NCBI GenBank assembly: GCA_000995965.1
Contig: LBYD01000001.1
Span: 362,848 to 426,847 of the forward strand
Reading direction: 5' to 3'
Length of the DNA stretch: 64,000 nt
Source: Candidatus Moranbacteria bacterium GW2011_GWC2_40_12
GTDB lineage: Bacteria; Patescibacteriota; Minisyncoccia; Moranbacterales; UBA11712
Shown: piece by piece, positions 60,070-64,000 of the stretch
How positions within the stretch are numbered: the stretch's first letter is position 1
Layout: each line of letters starts with the position of its first letter
Translations under genes and position numbers: made by a program
The notes under the pieces: model-generated
The model's database searches: none
Seen by the model: only the letters and a program-made list of their open reading frames with translations
What the model was told of the DNA's origin: nothing

Positions 60070-60302
60070 ATCCTAATTTTACGCAAAAAGTAACAAAACT
60101 TGCTGATTTTTCGCAGTTTCAATGGAATAATAGCAGAAATTTTCAGCTGTGGCAAGCCCGGTAGCAGAAATTTGACCGATAATAATGATTAAACAAGATA
60201 TGTCACACGCGTAATTATTATAACGTTCATTTAAATATTATTTTTTGGCCATATCCTGAGTCAAATTTTCACTACCGGGCAAGCTTGGTGTATACTATCA
60301 TT

Positions 60303-61844
60303 ATGCTAATTGAGAAAAACAACTTTCACGAGAGTCTTCCCCGCCGGCGAAAGGGCCGTTTTTTCTTTTGGCTTGTTGTCGCTTTGATATTTCTTGGAGT
60401 CGCTTTTTTGGCATCCGTGGCGTTTGCCTTTAAATTCTATTCCACAAGCAAGAAAGTTATCACCCGGGACGCGCCGGAGTCTTTTTTGGGAAGCATCCAG
60501 GATATTGCGTCCTCTCAAAAAAAAATATTGCGCGGAGAAAAAGACGGGCGGATCAATGTCCTTCTCCTCGGCCTTGCCGGCGAAAATTATCCCGGGGAAA
60601 ATCTCACTGACTCGATCATCATAGCGAGCATCAACCCGAAAACCTACCAAACCGCTATGCTTTCTATTCCGCGGGATTTATACGTAAATATTCCGGATAC
60701 CAATTCTTATACAAAGATCAACGCCCTTTACGCCCGCGGACAGGGCAGGCGCGGAAACGCGTCGGAAGGAATCAATGATTTGAAATCAGCTCTTTCGGAA
60801 ATAACCGGGCTTCCCATTCACTATTTCATCGCGCTTGATTTCGATGGATTCAGGAAAGTGATTGACGAGATGGGCGGAGTGAAAATTCAAGTTCCGAAAG
60901 ATCTGCACGATGAACGCTATCCGGGACCGAATTTCAGCTACCAAATTTTTGATATCAAGCAAGGCCTCCAGGTGCTTGACGGAGAGACAGCCCTGAAATA
61001 TGCCCGCACCCGTCACAACGAAGAGGGTGATTTTGGCCGGGCGTTCCGCCAGCAGCTCATTTTGAAAGCAGCGAGGCAAAAAGCTTTTTCCATTGAGACG
61101 CTCGTCAATGTTCCAGCCATAAACAAAATTTTGAACATTCTCGGCGACCACTTGCGAACCGACATACCGCTTGATGAACTGGAGACATTCTTGGATCTTT
61201 CCAGAAAAATTGACTCTCATCTCACAATCAACAAAGTGTTGGACGCGGGAAAATCAGACAGCCTGATGGCTGTCTCGCATGTGTTTCTCGGACACGTCAG
61301 GGCATTCATCCTCATTCCGCGCACGGGAAAATATGATGAGATTCAGGAGCTAGCCAAAGATATTTTCAATCTGGATCTCATCGAGCGAAAAAAAAGGGAA
61401 ATAAATAACGAGGAGGCGCGTGTGGCGATAATAAATCGAAGCGGTTTGGCCAATCTTGAAAAAAAATTATCAAGTCTTCTTGAAAAAATGGGTTATTCCG
61501 TTCAAACCGCCGCTTCGAGCAAAAAAATGGGCACCCGTCCCCAAACATCTGATGTTGGGAGCGCAAACAATTCGGTTATTTATGATATTTCAAAAACCAA
61601 GCCCTTTTCCCTCGAGGACCTCGCCAAAAAATTCTCGGCCGAAATTTCGCAAAATCCGCCCGCCGACCTTTCCGCCCAGTGCCGAAATACTGACCTTTGC
61701 CTTGTCGCCGGGTCAGACCTCACTGAAAATGTTGGCTACGAGGAAAATACTATTGAAGAGCTCGAGGAGGGTTATGACAAGCAAACTGTTGATGAGAGAG
61801 AATATATCGAACTGTTGAAGAAAGGGAGCAGCGCCAGGTTTTAA
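60303..61844 (+). CDS. LCP (LytR-CpsA-Psr) family protein with LytR_C-like tail
   Basis: TDSII, SIPRD, KINA, ARTRH, DFGR..RQ. Confidence 0.92.
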   Translation: MLIEKNNFHESLPRRRKGRFFFWLVVALIFLGVAFLASVAFAFKFYSTSKKVITRDAPESFLGSIQDIASSQKKILRGEKDGRINVLLLGLAGENYPGENLTDSIIIASINPKTYQTAMLSIPRDLYVNIPDTNSYTKINALYARGQGRRGNASEGINDLKSALSEITGLPIHYFIALDFDGFRKVIDEMGGVKIQVPKDLHDERYPGPNFSYQIFDIKQGLQVLDGETALKYARTRHNEEGDFGRAFRQQLILKAARQKAFSIETLVNVPAINKILNILGDHLRTDIPLDELETFLDLSRKIDSHLTINKVLDAGKSDSLMAVSHVFLGHVRAFILIPRTGKYDEIQELAKDIFNLDLIERKKREINNEEARVAIINRSGLANLEKKLSSLLEKMGYSVQTAASSKKMGTRPQTSDVGSANNSVIYDISKTKPFSLEDLAKKFSAEISQNPPADLSAQCRNTDLCLVAGSDLTENVGYEENTIEELEEGYDKQTVDEREYIELLKKGSSARF

Positions 61845-61861
61845 TTTGTTTTTGAAAATAT

Positions 61862-62425
61862 ATGAAGACAATTCTGATCGCCGGTCTTGGAAATCCCGGG
61901 AAAAAATATGAAAAAACCCGCCACAATTCCGGGTTTCTGTTCGCAGACTATTTTTTTGAAAATTTTCGCGAAGAATTCAAGTTTTCGGATTGGGAAGAAA
62001 AGAAAAAAATTAAATCTTTGGTTTCCGCAGGAAAATATGGCGAGAATAATATTATCCTCGCAAAACCGCAGACTTTCATGAATCTTTCCGGCGAGGCTCT
62101 TTCCGCAGCAAAAAAATATTTTATTCGAGGTTTCACCTCGAATAGCCTGATTGTCGTGCACGATGAAATTGATTTGCCCCTGGGAAGTTTCAGAATTTCG
62201 GCTGATTCCTCCTCGGCTGGCCATAAGGGTGTGCAGAATATTATTGATATACTCGGAACAAAAAATTTCACAAGATTACGGATCGGAGTTGACAACCGCG
62301 GGGATAAGGAGATTGCCACCGAAAAATACGTGCTTGGGAAATTTCTGCCAGCGGAGTTGAAACTGGCTAACAAAGTAATTTCAGAATCTTCTGAAGAAAT
62401 AAAACAACTTATCTCAAATTCATAA
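61862..62425 (+). CDS. pth: Peptidyl-tRNA hydrolase
   Basis: GLGNPG, TRHN, KPQTFMN, HDE, GHKG, RLRIG. Confidence 0.96.
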   Translation: MKTILIAGLGNPGKKYEKTRHNSGFLFADYFFENFREEFKFSDWEEKKKIKSLVSAGKYGENNIILAKPQTFMNLSGEALSAAKKYFIRGFTSNSLIVVHDEIDLPLGSFRISADSSSAGHKGVQNIIDILGTKNFTRLRIGVDNRGDKEIATEKYVLGKFLPAELKLANKVISESSEEIKQLISNS

Positions 62426-62549
62426 AATATCTAATTACTAATTTCTAATAATATTTCCAATGCTAAAATTTGAGATTTGGGAATTGGAATTATATTAGAA
62501 ATTTGATATTGGGAATTAGATATTTTTTGGGGCATAAACTTTCCAAAAA

Positions 62550-62780
62550 TAAAAAGCCCGCCATGAGCTTTATATTCAAATTATCACAAACCGCCCCTTA
62601 TGTTTTCTGTCCCGCCCAAAAGCGCTGGATTCGCCTACATTTGCAGGCTATCCAAACTTACCGACGATGCTTAAGGAGGGGTCACACCGCCTGACTTTCA
62701 GGCAGGACAGAAAACACAGCGTTGCTTTATATCAGCCTTTTTTTGAGTGAAGTCTTTCGTTTGAGGATTATTCACTGCGA
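62550..62780 (-). ncRNA. Candidate structured RNA of unknown class
   Basis: Promoter at 62787-62814; 16-bp closing stem TGTTTTCTGTCCTGCC/GGCGGGACAGAAAACA with internal hairpins; no long ORF. Confidence 0.4.
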
Positions 62781-62786
62781 TAGATT

Positions 62787-62814
62787 ATTATAGCAGAACC
62801 ATGGAATTTGTCAA
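62787..62814 (-). promoter_or_regulatory. Consensus sigma70 promoter
   Basis: TTGACA-N16-TATAAT with extended -10 TG. Confidence 0.75.
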
Positions 62815-62903
62815 CACCGCGCTCCATACAAAAACCCACCGCCCAAAAGCGGTGGATTTAATTCCTTAAGCTTAATTCCTTAAGTTAAACTTTAGGAATC
62901 ACC

Positions 62904-63569
62904 TTAATCAAGGAAAATTTCTTGGTCCTGCTTTCTATCCTGGAAATCCAATATGTTTTCTTTTGCGTATTCTTCAAAATCTTTACCGCCTCTAAAATGT
63001 TCGGAAAAAATGCTATTTTTGACAAGATCGCTTTTCTTTACACCTGCATGATCCGCAAAACTGCACCACGGATAATTTTTCGCAGGACTCACTTTATGAA
63101 TTTCACTGTTGCAACTTGTATAAACCGCCATGCGCAGCAGAAGCCCGGTTGATGAAATATGCGACGACTTGAATGTTCCCTGAAACAATGACCCGTCCCG
63201 CTGATACTTTTTGTTGAAATATTTCGTATAACTGGTTCCCAATTTTTGCAAAAATCTTTCAATCCCCTTTTCGACATTCTGCTTCAAAACAAAATGATAG
63301 TGATTCGACATCAAGCAATAGCTAATAATATCAACGAGATATTCTTTCTTCCTAAAGTTAAGCTTTAGGAAGTCGTCCAGGTTTGCACTCTTCACGCATC
63401 TCTGATAATCGCGCCATCTAATCATCAGGCCATCTTTCTCGTCGTTCAGGAGATTCATCGACAATAGAAAACGGAAATAATCACGATCATCTGAAAATAC
63501 TTCGCGTTTATCCACGCCGCGATTATAAATATGATAATACTCGTGATTTACCAAAGGCTTCTTTCTCAT
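62904..63569 (-). mobile_element. REP-associated tyrosine transposase (RAYT, Y1 HUH)
   Basis: YHIYNRG, YCLMSNHYH (HUH), GSLFQGTF, YPWCS; palindromes at 62876-62898, 63349-63371, 63578-63600, 63655-63677. Confidence 0.9.
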
Positions 63570-63737
63570 GTCTTTTTTTCCTAAAGTTTAACTTAAGGAT
63601 AACAAATTTTTTAAGGATATGCAAAGAACGAGCACTACACTCGTTCTTCTTGACTTCCTTAAGTTAAACTTTAGGAATGGTTCAACTTTAGGAAGGGTTA
63701 GTGAAGCTCTATGTTGGGAAGCGGTAGCACTAAAACT

Positions 63738-64000
63738 CTACTCGGAACACACATACGCCTCACCAAGATTGTGGACGAGCCACTGACTGTTGAGGCAACC
63801 ACCCCCTGGCGGACGAAACAGGAAGTAGGTGGTGTGGCTGCAGGCGCCCCAGGAACCGAGGTCATATATCTGCGTAAATTTAGCGTCGGGGCAATGCCCT
63901 TGCGCACCTCCATGGTCAGTGCATATATTAGGTGGCGTAGGCAGGGCATCGGAAGAAAGATTGCAGTAGTAGGTAAAAGATGCTCCCCCCCCGCTCGCCA
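63738..64000 (-). CDS. 3' end of a Cys-rich protein homologous to the tip of 46507..47055 (probable paralog 3; frame absent from ORF track)
   Basis: ASGGGASFTYYCN...HCPDAKFTQIYDLGSWGACSHTTYFLFRPPGGGC...LGEAYVCSE aligns with paralog 2 C-terminus. Confidence 0.8.
   Translation of the reverse strand, partial: ASGGGASFTYYCNLSSDALPTPPNICTDHGGAQGHCPDAKFTQIYDLGSWGACSHTTYFLFRPPGGGCLNSQWLVHNLGEAYVCSE

Noticed and set aside
62600-62720. SRP RNA, tmRNA or RNase P RNA
   Set aside because: Lacks the SRP GGAA-loop motif, a tRNA-like T-arm and the GAGGAAAGUCC signature.
63698-63949. 83-aa ORF from the ORF track
   Set aside because: Wrong frame; the frame ending at 63738 is homologous to the paralog 2 C-terminus.
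1-64000. CRISPR array
   Set aside because: No regularly spaced direct repeats with unique spacers and no cas genes; palindromes are dispersed.
46507-64000. Diversity-generating retroelement behind the variable tips
   Set aside because: No reverse transcriptase in the window and no near-identical template/variable pair differing only at adenines.
1-64000. Alternative genetic code 25
   Set aside because: Conserved genes are full length under code 11 and several end in TGA.

Overview
Chromosomal window from a small-genome bacterium, most likely Patescibacteria/CPR of the Parcubacteria type (inference: no rpmD/uL30 between rpsE and rplO, CPR-like secreted proteins, standard code 11). Almost all genes are on the minus strand. 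1-15.1 kb holds the str/S10/spc ribosomal superoperon (rpsL to secY, with fusA and tuf). 15-37.5 kb is an accessory region with secreted Cys-rich proteins, an ECF sigma module, tRNA-Pro and many ORFans. 37.6-62.4 kb is housekeeping (fhs, DHFR, thyA, NMP kinase, split comEC, apbE, nrdRDG, ftsAZ, ybeY, rpsU, hisS, lepB, LCP, pth). The right end has a REP-associated tyrosine transposase. Main discovery candidate: at 31.3-35.3 kb, five similar units each consist of a sigma70 promoter, a near-leaderless short uORF with an amino-acid-biased codon run (Ile; Lys; Leu/Val; Phe/Tyr/Trp; Lys), alternative 1:2/2:3/3:4 hairpins with a U-tract terminator, a strong SD and an unrelated ORFan. These look like a panel of ribosome-dependent attenuators controlling non-biosynthetic genes. 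Also notable: a paralogous surface-protein family with a constant N-terminus and variable Cys-rich tip linked to RAYT-type palindromes; several palindrome families inserted in frame into genes; inverted degenerate heptamer spacers; an orphan Phd-like gene between fusA and tuf; a candidate ncRNA. All calls come from reading the sequence by eye; no searches or folding programs were run.
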